DNA of 64,000 bases from Candidatus Daviesbacteria bacterium RIFCSPLOWO2_01_FULL_39_23 (GTDB lineage: Bacteria > Patescibacteriota > Microgenomatia > Daviesbacterales > UBA10151): positions 1,464-65,463 of the forward strand of contig MFDN01000014.1 of NCBI GenBank assembly GCA_001776935.1. The letters are read 5' to 3'. How positions within the stretch are numbered: the first letter of the stretch is position 1; each line of letters opens with the position of its first letter. The translations under genes were made by a program, and so were the position numbers. Shown here piece after piece: positions 56,816 to 64,000 of the stretch. Below the pieces are notes generated by a model. It ran no database searches, had not been told where the DNA came from, and saw only the letters and a program-made list of their open reading frames with translations.

Positions 56816-56876
56816 AAACCCTACGTGTCAATATGTTTTCACCTCGGAGGTAGGAGTGCGTTGATACCTAGGGTTT
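56816..56876. repeat. REP-like palindromic element, copy 3 with extended stem (AAAACCCTACG...CACCTCGGAGGTAGGAGTGC...ATACCTAGGGTTTT)
   Basis: It lies upstream of the RAYT-like ORF and at the 3' end of the HAD gene. The outer arms AAAACCCTA / TAGGGTTTT are complementary. Confidence 0.6.
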
Positions 56877-56882
56877 TAGTAT

Positions 56883-57584
56883 TTAAGCATTTAGAAACTT
56901 GAGGATTTTGTCTTTTTCTTCCAAAGATTCAACTGCTAAATCAGCATGCATAAGCTCGTGAATTTTATGATGTCCTGCTCCTACTGCTATTACCGGTATG
57001 CCGCCGGCTCTGGCGCAGGCAATATCCAAGGGAGCGTCTCCAATAATGACCAGCCTTTCCAAGGGTACATCTTCTTTTAATATTTTACTCACCTGTTGGC
57101 GGGCGATTTCAATTAAATCTACCCTTTTAAACGCCATTGAACCAAAAGCCCCGAATGAAAAAAAATCTTTAATTCCGGCCCTTGCGAGCTTATTCCACGA
57201 TATCTCAGCAACATTGCCGGTTAAAAGCCCAAGGGTATCTCCGTGTGCTTTCAGCGCTGATAACAGAGCAACAACTCCCGGCATCGGTGTATAGGTTCCT
57301 TCATTTGCATGTTCATTAAAATACTTAATCATTGCTTCAATCGCCTGAGGCATTTTAATTTTTGCTTCTTCTTCTGAAACTCCATGTAATGCCAAGGTTT
57401 CGATTAAAATCTGAGTATCTATTTTTCCCTGTCCCATTACTTCTTTTTGCGAAGCAGTTGGCTGGTTATAAACAGTATGCAAAGCATAATCAAAAGCCTC
57501 GTGGTGAACTTTGTTTCCGATATCCCCGCCTTTAAGCAATGTCCAATCTACATCAAAAAGAGGGATTTTAAATTTATCCTGCAT
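56883..57584 (-). CDS. HAD-superfamily hydrolase (phosphatase)
   Basis: Motif I FDVDWTL and motif IV IIGDAPLDIACARAGG are present. The start is set at the ATG at 57584 (MQDKFKIPLFDVD) to avoid overlap with the HD gene; the ORF track extends to 57665. Confidence 0.8.
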   Translation of the reverse strand: MQDKFKIPLFDVDWTLLKGGDIGNKVHHEAFDYALHTVYNQPTASQKEVMGQGKIDTQILIETLALHGVSEEEAKIKMPQAIEAMIKYFNEHANEGTYTPMPGVVALLSALKAHGDTLGLLTGNVAEISWNKLARAGIKDFFSFGAFGSMAFKRVDLIEIARQQVSKILKEDVPLERLVIIGDAPLDIACARAGGIPVIAVGAGHHKIHELMHADLAVESLEEKDKILKFLNA

Positions 57585-58200
57585 TTTTAGGTTCCTTGTA
57601 GAATTCCGGGTTATTGAACAAATTAACAATTTCAATCTTTGCAGTTTTGTAAGGCACGGCATCAAAACAATCGCAGTATTGGTTAAACATGGCTTCTATA
57701 TAAAGCCCGCCTGATTTTGATTTTACATCATTTAAATCAACCTTGTTCTCAAAATAAGAAGCCGGAAAACTATCATGAAAGCTGATAACTTTGGCTATAT
57801 AAGAGATGACTTCATCCGGTAAAGATAACCCCTGAAGTAGTTGGGGGACAAGCCCGGATCCTTTTTGCTCATGTCCCGGACAGCTGGTTTGGACGTTGGC
57901 ATCTGTTTTTAAAATTCCCGGCAATGATTTACCTATATCATGAAGCAGGGCAATTAAAATCAAAATGTCAGCACTTTTTATTCCGGTAATATCTTCATTT
58001 ATAAATTTAAAAAATAAATCTTTTGCCAGTGGATTGGTAATAAATTCTCCGGTAATTTCTCTTTGGGCAATATCTTTTGTTTTAATAGAATGAGAGTAGG
58101 CATCCTCATGGTTATGATAGCCGTTATTTTCGACAACGCTTTTTAGTTTTAAAAACAGGGGGTTTTGAATTATTTTTGAAATTGTACTCTCAAGGTCCAT
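57574..58200 (-). CDS. HD-domain phosphohydrolase
   Basis: HSIKTKDIA...LIALLHDIGK shows the H...HD motif. Confidence 0.7.
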   Translation of the reverse strand: MDLESTISKIIQNPLFLKLKSVVENNGYHNHEDAYSHSIKTKDIAQREITGEFITNPLAKDLFFKFINEDITGIKSADILILIALLHDIGKSLPGILKTDANVQTSCPGHEQKGSGLVPQLLQGLSLPDEVISYIAKVISFHDSFPASYFENKVDLNDVKSKSGGLYIEAMFNQYCDCFDAVPYKTAKIEIVNLFNNPEFYKEPKNAG

Positions 58201-58247
58201 AATATTTTAATTATACATAATGCAAAGGTGTGTTAAAATAGATTTTT

Positions 58248-59264
58248 ATGGATAACCTTGACCCAAAAAATGTGCTTGGTTCAACAGAAATGTTTGCTTT
58301 GCAGTGCAAACAAATTTGGGAAGAAGCCAAAAAATTAGAATTTCCCTCTGAATATCAAAATATTGAAAATATTATAGTTTGCGGTATGGGTGGTTCTGCT
58401 TACGGGGGTTATATAATTTCTTCCCTTTTTAAGGATAAATTAAAAGTCCCGATTGTTTCAAACAATGATTATACAATTCCTGCATTTGCCGGTGAAAACA
58501 CATTAGTTGTTCTTTCCAGCTATTCAGGATCAACAGAAGAAGTTTTATCCTGCGCCCAAAAAGCCAAAGAAGCAGGCTGTAAACTCACAGCCCTAACAGG
58601 CGGAGGAAAGCTTGAAGAATTTCTCAAGGACGCAGGTGCTCCTGCTTTGATTTTTGAACCAAAACACAATCCTTCAGGCCAACCCAGGCTGGGGACAGGG
58701 TATATGGTATTGGGAATGATAGCCCTTTTAAATAGGTCAGGCATACTTTCAGTTTCAGATAAGGAAGTTGCAAAAGCCATTTCTGAACTTGAAACTGATA
58801 CTGAGAATATCAAAAGTAAAGCAAAAGAAATGTCGGAAAAAATCAAAGGCTTTATTCCGGTGATTTTTTCAGCAGAATTTTTAGGAGGCAATAATCACAT
58901 AATAAGAAACCAATTTAATGAAACCTCAAAGAGTTTTTCTGCTTTTGCACCATTGCCGGAATTAAACCATCATCTTTTGGAAGGCTTTAAAAATCCGGAA
59001 GATAAAAAGCTGTTTGTATTATTTATTTCCTCAGACCTATATTCGGATAAATTAAAAAAGAGGGTTGAGTTAACCAAAGATGTAATAGAAAAAAATAATG
59101 TTTCTTTTGATGAATACAAGCCGGCCGGGTCTTCCAAACTTGCCCAAATGTTAAACACTTTAGCTTTCGGAGGCTACTTAACCCTGTATCTAGCCTTTTC
59201 TTATGGCCTGGACCCAAGCCTTATCCCCTGGGTAGACTATTTCAAAGCCCAAATGGAAAAATGA
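58248..59264 (+). CDS. Bifunctional phosphoglucose/phosphomannose isomerase (SIS domain, archaeal type)
   Basis: IVCGMGGSAYGGYII (SIS phosphosugar binding) and a second SIS-like half are present. Length is 338 aa. Confidence 0.7.
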   Translation: MDNLDPKNVLGSTEMFALQCKQIWEEAKKLEFPSEYQNIENIIVCGMGGSAYGGYIISSLFKDKLKVPIVSNNDYTIPAFAGENTLVVLSSYSGSTEEVLSCAQKAKEAGCKLTALTGGGKLEEFLKDAGAPALIFEPKHNPSGQPRLGTGYMVLGMIALLNRSGILSVSDKEVAKAISELETDTENIKSKAKEMSEKIKGFIPVIFSAEFLGGNNHIIRNQFNETSKSFSAFAPLPELNHHLLEGFKNPEDKKLFVLFISSDLYSDKLKKRVELTKDVIEKNNVSFDEYKPAGSSKLAQMLNTLAFGGYLTLYLAFSYGLDPSLIPWVDYFKAQMEK

Positions 59265-59565
59265 TTTTATGGAAATACCTGAAAAAGGATCCGATATAAG
59301 ATTTACCAAAACTGCAGGTAATGTTAAAAAGGTTAATATCCCTGCCTATGGTGATGTATATGTTTGTCCATATCCTCCATCTGACTTTCCAGATACGCAA
59401 AAAGCAGCCAAGGCAATAATATACGCTAAAAAGGGAATAAAACGAAAGTAACAACCTTACGAACATTACTACTACGACCGTATGTTTAATGTGAACAGTA
59501 AGATAGTTTCGTATATCTATCCTTGGGGTGGCAAGCTAAACCTTCACTGAGTCCTCACATCTGAG

Positions 59566-59586
59566 TTCCCACATCGGATGTGGGAA
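59566..59586. repeat. Palindrome TTCCCACAT-CGG-ATGTGGGAA flanked by AAGCTAAAC direct repeats
   Basis: A perfect 9-bp-arm hairpin lies 8 nt downstream of the permease gene stop. A related copy sits inside rsmI at 13722..13742. Confidence 0.55.
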
Positions 59587-59593
59587 GCTAAAC

Positions 59594-60784
59594 TTATTCA
59601 TATCGCAAAGCAGTAATTGGATCCAGTTTGGCAGCGCGGATGGCTGGGGCTACTCCAAAAATTATTCCCACAATGGCTGAAAATCCAAAAGATAAAAGCA
59701 CCGACCACCAGGGGACTGTGGTTGTAAAAAACCGGCCAATGATAAGGGAAATCCCAAAGCCTAAAACAATCCCGATTATCCCTCCTAGTCCAGATAAAGT
59801 GATTGCCTCAATTAAAAACTGGTTCCTGATATCAGATGGCTTTGCTCCCACAGCTTTCCTGAGTCCAATCTCCCTTGTCCTCTCCGTAACAGAAACAAGC
59901 ATAATATTCATAATTCCAATACCTCCTACAATAAGGGATATGGCTGCTATTCCTCCTAAAGCCAGGCTTAAAACTCCCGTAATTTGAGAAATTGTAGATA
60001 AAGCCTGTTCCTGGGACTGAACAGTAAACTCATCTTCTGATAATCTCCTTTTTAATATTGCAGTAGCTTTATCCTGTACGATTTTTACCTCATCCGAATC
60101 ATTTGCGGAAATATAGATAGTATTAAGCCTGTCTATCCCGAATTGCCTTTGAGCTGTCTGAAAAGGTACATATATCGAATTATCCTGGTCAATCCCAAAA
60201 ATTGATCCCCGCGGTTCCAGCACACCGATAACCTTATATTTTATGGCGGCAACATCAATTATCTGATTTAAAGAAGTTCCTTCTCCGAAAAGGGTTGTTT
60301 TAGCACTTTGTCCGATAACCGCCACTTTTCTGGCTGATTGCTGTTCTGAAGAATTAAAAAATCTGCCCTGAGTAAGTTTTATGGAAATAATTTTAGGATA
60401 ATTTGATTCAACACCAAAAACTGCTGCGCCTTTGTCATTTTTATTACCGAATTTTAAAGTGGCGTTTCTCTGGATAGCCGCAGAAACATCTGCCTCACCT
60501 GCAAGTTTGCTTCTTAAATTAACTGCGTCACTGTAAATTAAGCGGTTTGCCTGCACACCACCCGGAGACCTGGCCCCGCCAATTCTACCCGGAATCACAA
60601 ATAATAAATTAGATCCTAGCCCCTGAATTTGTGCTGTAATAAAAGTCTGCAATCCTGTAACCATGGAAATGAGTAATATCACGGACATCACGCCGATAAC
60701 TATCCCGAGCATGGTTAAAAACGACCTTAACTTATTGGCAAGAATGGCTTTAAAAGCTGATGATGTGATTTCTAAAATATCCAT
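59594..60784 (-). CDS. ABC transporter permease, MacB/FtsX family
   Basis: An N-terminal TM helix, a large periplasmic MacB-like domain and a C-terminal FtsX 3-TM bundle. Length is 396 aa. Confidence 0.85.
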   Translation of the reverse strand: MDILEITSSAFKAILANKLRSFLTMLGIVIGVMSVILLISMVTGLQTFITAQIQGLGSNLLFVIPGRIGGARSPGGVQANRLIYSDAVNLRSKLAGEADVSAAIQRNATLKFGNKNDKGAAVFGVESNYPKIISIKLTQGRFFNSSEQQSARKVAVIGQSAKTTLFGEGTSLNQIIDVAAIKYKVIGVLEPRGSIFGIDQDNSIYVPFQTAQRQFGIDRLNTIYISANDSDEVKIVQDKATAILKRRLSEDEFTVQSQEQALSTISQITGVLSLALGGIAAISLIVGGIGIMNIMLVSVTERTREIGLRKAVGAKPSDIRNQFLIEAITLSGLGGIIGIVLGFGISLIIGRFFTTTVPWWSVLLSFGFSAIVGIIFGVAPAIRAAKLDPITALRYE

Positions 60785-60792
60785 ATTGGTAA

Positions 60793-60844
60793 GTCGTCAG
60801 ATAAAATCAGAAAAGTCTGAAAGCTGAAGACTGATGACTGATAG
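60793..60844. repeat. Imperfect palindromic element (GTCTGAAAGCTGAAGACTGATGACTGAT) between the ABC ATPase and permease genes
   Basis: Related to the element at 21845..21892: it shares CAGTCATCAGTC and TCTGACGAC units on the gene strand and sits immediately upstream of the permease ATG. Confidence 0.5.
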
Positions 60845-61510
60845 CTATTTCATTATCTCTCCATCCTTTATCCTGACTGTCTTCTTTGCGTGTCTGGCTA
60901 TATCAACCTCATGTGTAATCATAATGATAGTTTTTCCTTCTTTGTTTAACTTTTGGAAAATATGCATTATTTCATCGCCTGATTTTGAATCCAAATTTCC
61001 TGTTGGCTCATCTGCCAAAATTATTTCCGGCTCATTTACTAATGCTCTTGCTATCGCCACCCTTTGCTGCTGGCCCCCTGAAAGCTGATTTGGATGGGAA
61101 AGCAGTTTATCAGACAAACCAACCTGTTCCAGAGCCTTTTTTGCTCTCTCCTGTCTGTCTTTTTCCGGAACTCCCGCATAAATTAAAGGCATGGCCACAT
61201 TATCCAAAGCAGAAGTCCGGGGTAGTAAATTAAAAGATTGGAAAATAAAACCGATTTTTTTATTTCTTATTTCTGCCAGATGATTTTCATTAAGATGCGC
61301 TGTATTTTGGCCGTCAAGTTCGTATGAACCGCTGGTTGGTTTATCCAAAAGGCCAATTATATTCATTAAAGTTGACTTGCCTGATCCGGATGAACCGATA
61401 ATGGCTAAAAACTCTTCTTTTTTTACTTCCAGGTTGATATTGCTTAGAGCCTGGAATTTCACATCTCCTGTTGAATAAACCTTATTTACTTTAGAAAATT
61501 TAACTAACAT
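60845..61510 (-). CDS. ABC transporter ATP-binding protein (MacB/LolD-like)
   Basis: Walker [10 protein letters not shown], signature [15 protein letters not shown], and Walker [12 protein letters not shown]. Confidence 0.9.
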   Translation of the reverse strand: MLVKFSKVNKVYSTGDVKFQALSNINLEVKKEEFLAIIGSSGSGKSTLMNIIGLLDKPTSGSYELDGQNTAHLNENHLAEIRNKKIGFIFQSFNLLPRTSALDNVAMPLIYAGVPEKDRQERAKKALEQVGLSDKLLSHPNQLSGGQQQRVAIARALVNEPEIILADEPTGNLDSKSGDEIMHIFQKLNKEGKTIIMITHEVDIARHAKKTVRIKDGEIMK

Positions 61511-61552
61511 TTGTGTTAAGGTCGCACCTTGACAAAGGTGCGACCTTGGTAA

Positions 61553-62653
61553 CTATCTCCTTCCGCCTCCACCGATTCTTAAAATTCCCTGCAAAGGATT
61601 TCTGGCCCTGTTATTTGGTATACCTTGCGCAGGGGGATTTAAGACTACCCTGTCTTCTTCTTTTAAGCCTTCTTTAATTTCTACATCAGTATCAGATCTG
61701 ATTCCGGGTACAACCTTCTGAGAACGAACTCCATCGGGTGTTTGAATAAGAACAGTATTGTCTTCTCTTAAAGCTTCCTGGGGAATGGTTAAAACATTTT
61801 TTTGCTCGGATAATATTACTGACGCCTGGCCGTTTAAGCCATTAATGAACTCCATTTTGGATTCATCCAATTTTATCCGGGCAGTAATTACAGTAGCGCC
61901 TGTTGATGTGGATTTGGTTTGAGGCAGAATTTGTTCCACACTGCCTTTAAAAATTTTATCCGGATAAGCGTCTAATATAACCTCAGCCGGTTGCCCTTCT
62001 GACAGCTTGCTTATATCCGCCTCATCTATGTCAGTATCAAAATAAACCGCAGAATTATCCACTATTTGTACGATCAAATCCGTTCCGGAGACAGACTGGC
62101 CAACTGTTTCTATAGCTTGAGTCACTATTCCGTCTAAAGGCGAAATAATTACAGCATCCTGAAAAGCCCTCTGGGCAGCTTTGACATTGTCAAAAGCTGA
62201 ATCTCTTGCTGCCTGGGCAGTAGTTCTGGTAACTTTTTGAGCAAATGACTCATCACTTGAGTGATCCTTTACATCATCCTCTGCTTTTTGGGCAATTGCC
62301 TGCTTGTCCCGTAAAGTATTTTGAGCCTGCTGTAGAGTTATGGCAAGGCCCTGTGTATCCAGTCCTGCAATTACCTGTCCGGTGCTGACTGTATCTCCTG
62401 TTTTAACATTCACATAGCTTAATTTACCGGATGATTTAAATTTCAAACTGACGCTGTCTTTGCCTGTTAAGCTGCCGGAGGATGAAACTGTGGATTTTAT
62501 ATCCTGCTTTTTAACTTCGGCAAACTGCAAAGGAGTCTGCTTTTTTTGTCCAAAAGTATTCAAAATGAAAAAGCCAGCAATAAGAAGTATTATTAACAGT
62601 AGGATTTTCTTTTTGGAAGGCCTTAAAATCCCAGGGATCTTCATAATCCGCAT
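61553..62653 (-). CDS. Periplasmic efflux adaptor subunit (HlyD/MacA-like)
   Basis: An N-terminal TM helix, a biotinyl/lipoyl-like hairpin (VKTGDTVSTGQVIAGLD), a coiled-coil and a beta-barrel. It is the first gene of the 3-gene efflux operon. Confidence 0.7.
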   Translation of the reverse strand: MRIMKIPGILRPSKKKILLLIILLIAGFFILNTFGQKKQTPLQFAEVKKQDIKSTVSSSGSLTGKDSVSLKFKSSGKLSYVNVKTGDTVSTGQVIAGLDTQGLAITLQQAQNTLRDKQAIAQKAEDDVKDHSSDESFAQKVTRTTAQAARDSAFDNVKAAQRAFQDAVIISPLDGIVTQAIETVGQSVSGTDLIVQIVDNSAVYFDTDIDEADISKLSEGQPAEVILDAYPDKIFKGSVEQILPQTKSTSTGATVITARIKLDESKMEFINGLNGQASVILSEQKNVLTIPQEALREDNTVLIQTPDGVRSQKVVPGIRSDTDVEIKEGLKEEDRVVLNPPAQGIPNNRARNPLQGILRIGGGGRR

Positions 62654-62694
62654 ATTTTAATATATAGGATAGAAAAAATAAAGTATGGGAGGAG

Positions 62695-63177
62695 TTATTG
62701 AGGTTTTCTTAAACCGACATATTCTGAATAATGCATTTTTACTCCAGCTGCGGCTTCTAATGTATAAACTATCTTCGTACCTAAATCCAGCCATTCACCG
62801 GATTTACCAAATTCTCTCCATTCATTCGTCGATTCATCTGATATGGAAAGTATAATGGAGTTATCGCTTGGTCGATAGCATGTTCTTTCTTCAAGATTGT
62901 TGCCCAGGGATCTTCTTTTAAGTACCAAATAGGAAGGCACAATAACTCCTTGCTCCTGGAGGGATGCCGCAAGTGCTCCGATGGTTCTTCTGACCCGCCT
63001 ATTTGCTTTACCCTGATCCTCCGAAATCGCTATTCTTTTGCTTTCAACAGTCGATTGACTCCTGACAACAAAGGCATGCAGGTCGCCTTCTTTCTTGCCG
63101 ATAGCTCTTTTCTGCTTTGTTACAACACCTTCTGCAGTTGCGAGTGCCTCTTTAATTCCTTCTTTATTAGTTGCCAT
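62695..63177 (-). CDS. Hypothetical Arg-rich protein (paralog of the 40796 protein)
   Basis: 160 aa. It shares the HAFVVRSQ...KRIAISED block and the NRRVRRT...GVIVPS block with 40796 (HFVKSR...AKIVTEE / ARRVRRV...GVIPS). Confidence 0.4.
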   Translation of the reverse strand: MATNKEGIKEALATAEGVVTKQKRAIGKKEGDLHAFVVRSQSTVESKRIAISEDQGKANRRVRRTIGALAASLQEQGVIVPSYLVLKRRSLGNNLEERTCYRPSDNSIILSISDESTNEWREFGKSGEWLDLGTKIVYTLEAAAGVKMHYSEYVGLRKPQ

Positions 63178-63297
63178 TTTTATAAGGATTAACCGATAGT
63201 TAAATTATATGCATATTCATTGAATTGTCAAGCGTCTTATGTCAAGTCGCACCTAGTAGACATTACCACTGTAAAGATACCTTCTAGGGGTTAAACT

Positions 63298-63996
63298 TTA
63301 ACGGTTTACAAAAAGAACTGCATTGGGGATATTTCTGCCGGGTCCAACTTTGTAACCTCCATGCCATAGCGCGGTTGAACCGCCCTCATCCAAATTTAAG
63401 GCATCTCCCATATCCAATGCTTTTAATACTTTGGCAGATTCGCCCATAGTGGCGCCGTATATAACACCGATATAAACCATATTGCCTTTTATTCCTATAA
63501 AAGTTCTTGGTCCTTTTTGGCCAAACTTTGGCTCTGAGGGATTTTCAGTAAAGTTAATATTCCCTCCGGTAATTAAAAGCGGATAATTGGCAATAACACT
63601 GTCAGGAGAGGTATCGCGTCCCCATTCTAAAGACCTGCCTACAAATCTGGCAGAGCCTTGAGAAAAGATTGCTGCAGGAATATTGGAATAGACATTATTA
63701 TCAGAATTAAAGTAACGTTTATTTTTATTCATCACAAGCGTGTCAAAAGAGTTAGTCTTGCCCGAGCAGCTTGAATATTCAGGCGGACAAAAAAAAGATC
63801 CGTTGATGCCTGCATAGGCCCCGTTTCTCCCAACATAATCCCCCAAAGGCATTACAGGACAGTTATTGGAGCAATCAGATTCTGATGCAGTATCTACAAT
63901 CACTTTAGTGGTATTCAAATCAGCAGCAATAATATCAACCTTGTAATTTTGTCCTTCTGCATTGACTGTTTGTCTTGTATATCCGGGCCCGGGCAA
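63298..63996 (-). CDS. Phosphodiester glycosidase family protein (DUF2233/NAGPA-like), probably 5'-truncated by the window edge
   Basis: The C-terminal ALNLDEGGSTALW motif is typical of PF09992. The ORF start lies within 5 nt of the window end. Confidence 0.5.
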   Translation of the reverse strand: MPGPGYTRQTVNAEGQNYKVDIIAADLNTTKVIVDTASESDCSNNCPVMPLGDYVGRNGAYAGINGSFFCPPEYSSCSGKTNSFDTLVMNKNKRYFNSDNNVYSNIPAAIFSQGSARFVGRSLEWGRDTSPDSVIANYPLLITGGNINFTENPSEPKFGQKGPRTFIGIKGNMVYIGVIYGATMGESAKVLKALDMGDALNLDEGGSTALWHGGYKVGPGRNIPNAVLFVNR

Positions 63997-64000
63997 AGTG

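Noticed and set aside
57585-57665. 5' extension of the HAD hydrolase ORF to 57665
   Set aside because: It would overlap the HD-domain gene by about 90 nt. The HAD motif I follows the internal ATG at 57584, which leaves a 10-nt gap.
59269-59451. 60-aa ORF immediately after the PGI/PMI gene
   Set aside because: There is no convincing RBS and no recognisable motif. It may be real, but the evidence is insufficient to call it.

Overview
This is a 64-kb chromosomal window from a small, AT-rich, lysine-rich genome that reads like a Candidate Phyla Radiation / Patescibacteria bacterium with the standard genetic code. That is an inference from gene content: a fused single-chain transketolase, an archaeal-type bifunctional PGI/PMI, a sortase, a giant Lamin-tail-domain surface protein, and many membrane-anchored secreted hypotheticals. 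Core genes I recognise are lexA, uvrB, uvrA, uvrC, rsmI, a dedA-family gene, secG, corA, typA/bipA, a ROK glucokinase, rpe, tkt, transaldolase, a HAD phosphatase, an HD hydrolase, and a macAB-like ABC efflux operon. I also find three tRNAs: Lys-TTT, Lys-CTT and Arg-TCG. I see no CRISPR array and no rRNA. The most interesting content is not any single enzyme. Several families of short palindromic repeats litter the window: REP-like elements flank a truncated RAYT/IS200-like HUH transposase, and other palindromes sit in frame inside uvrA, uvrC, rsmI and a transglutaminase-like gene, reminiscent of Rickettsia palindromic elements. A 5.1-kb module of three large genes with no recognisable domains lies between uvrB and uvrA, bracketed by direct copies of a 65-bp promoter-like element. 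At least six small Arg/Trp-rich hypothetical proteins at different loci share short motif blocks in shuffled order, which suggests an uncharacterised multi-copy family. Three near-consensus promoters sit so that transcription would start at the ATG, implying leaderless mRNAs. A frameshifted PaaX-like regulator next to tRNA-Arg is flanked by 20-bp direct repeats. All homology statements come from reading motifs by eye; no searches were run.
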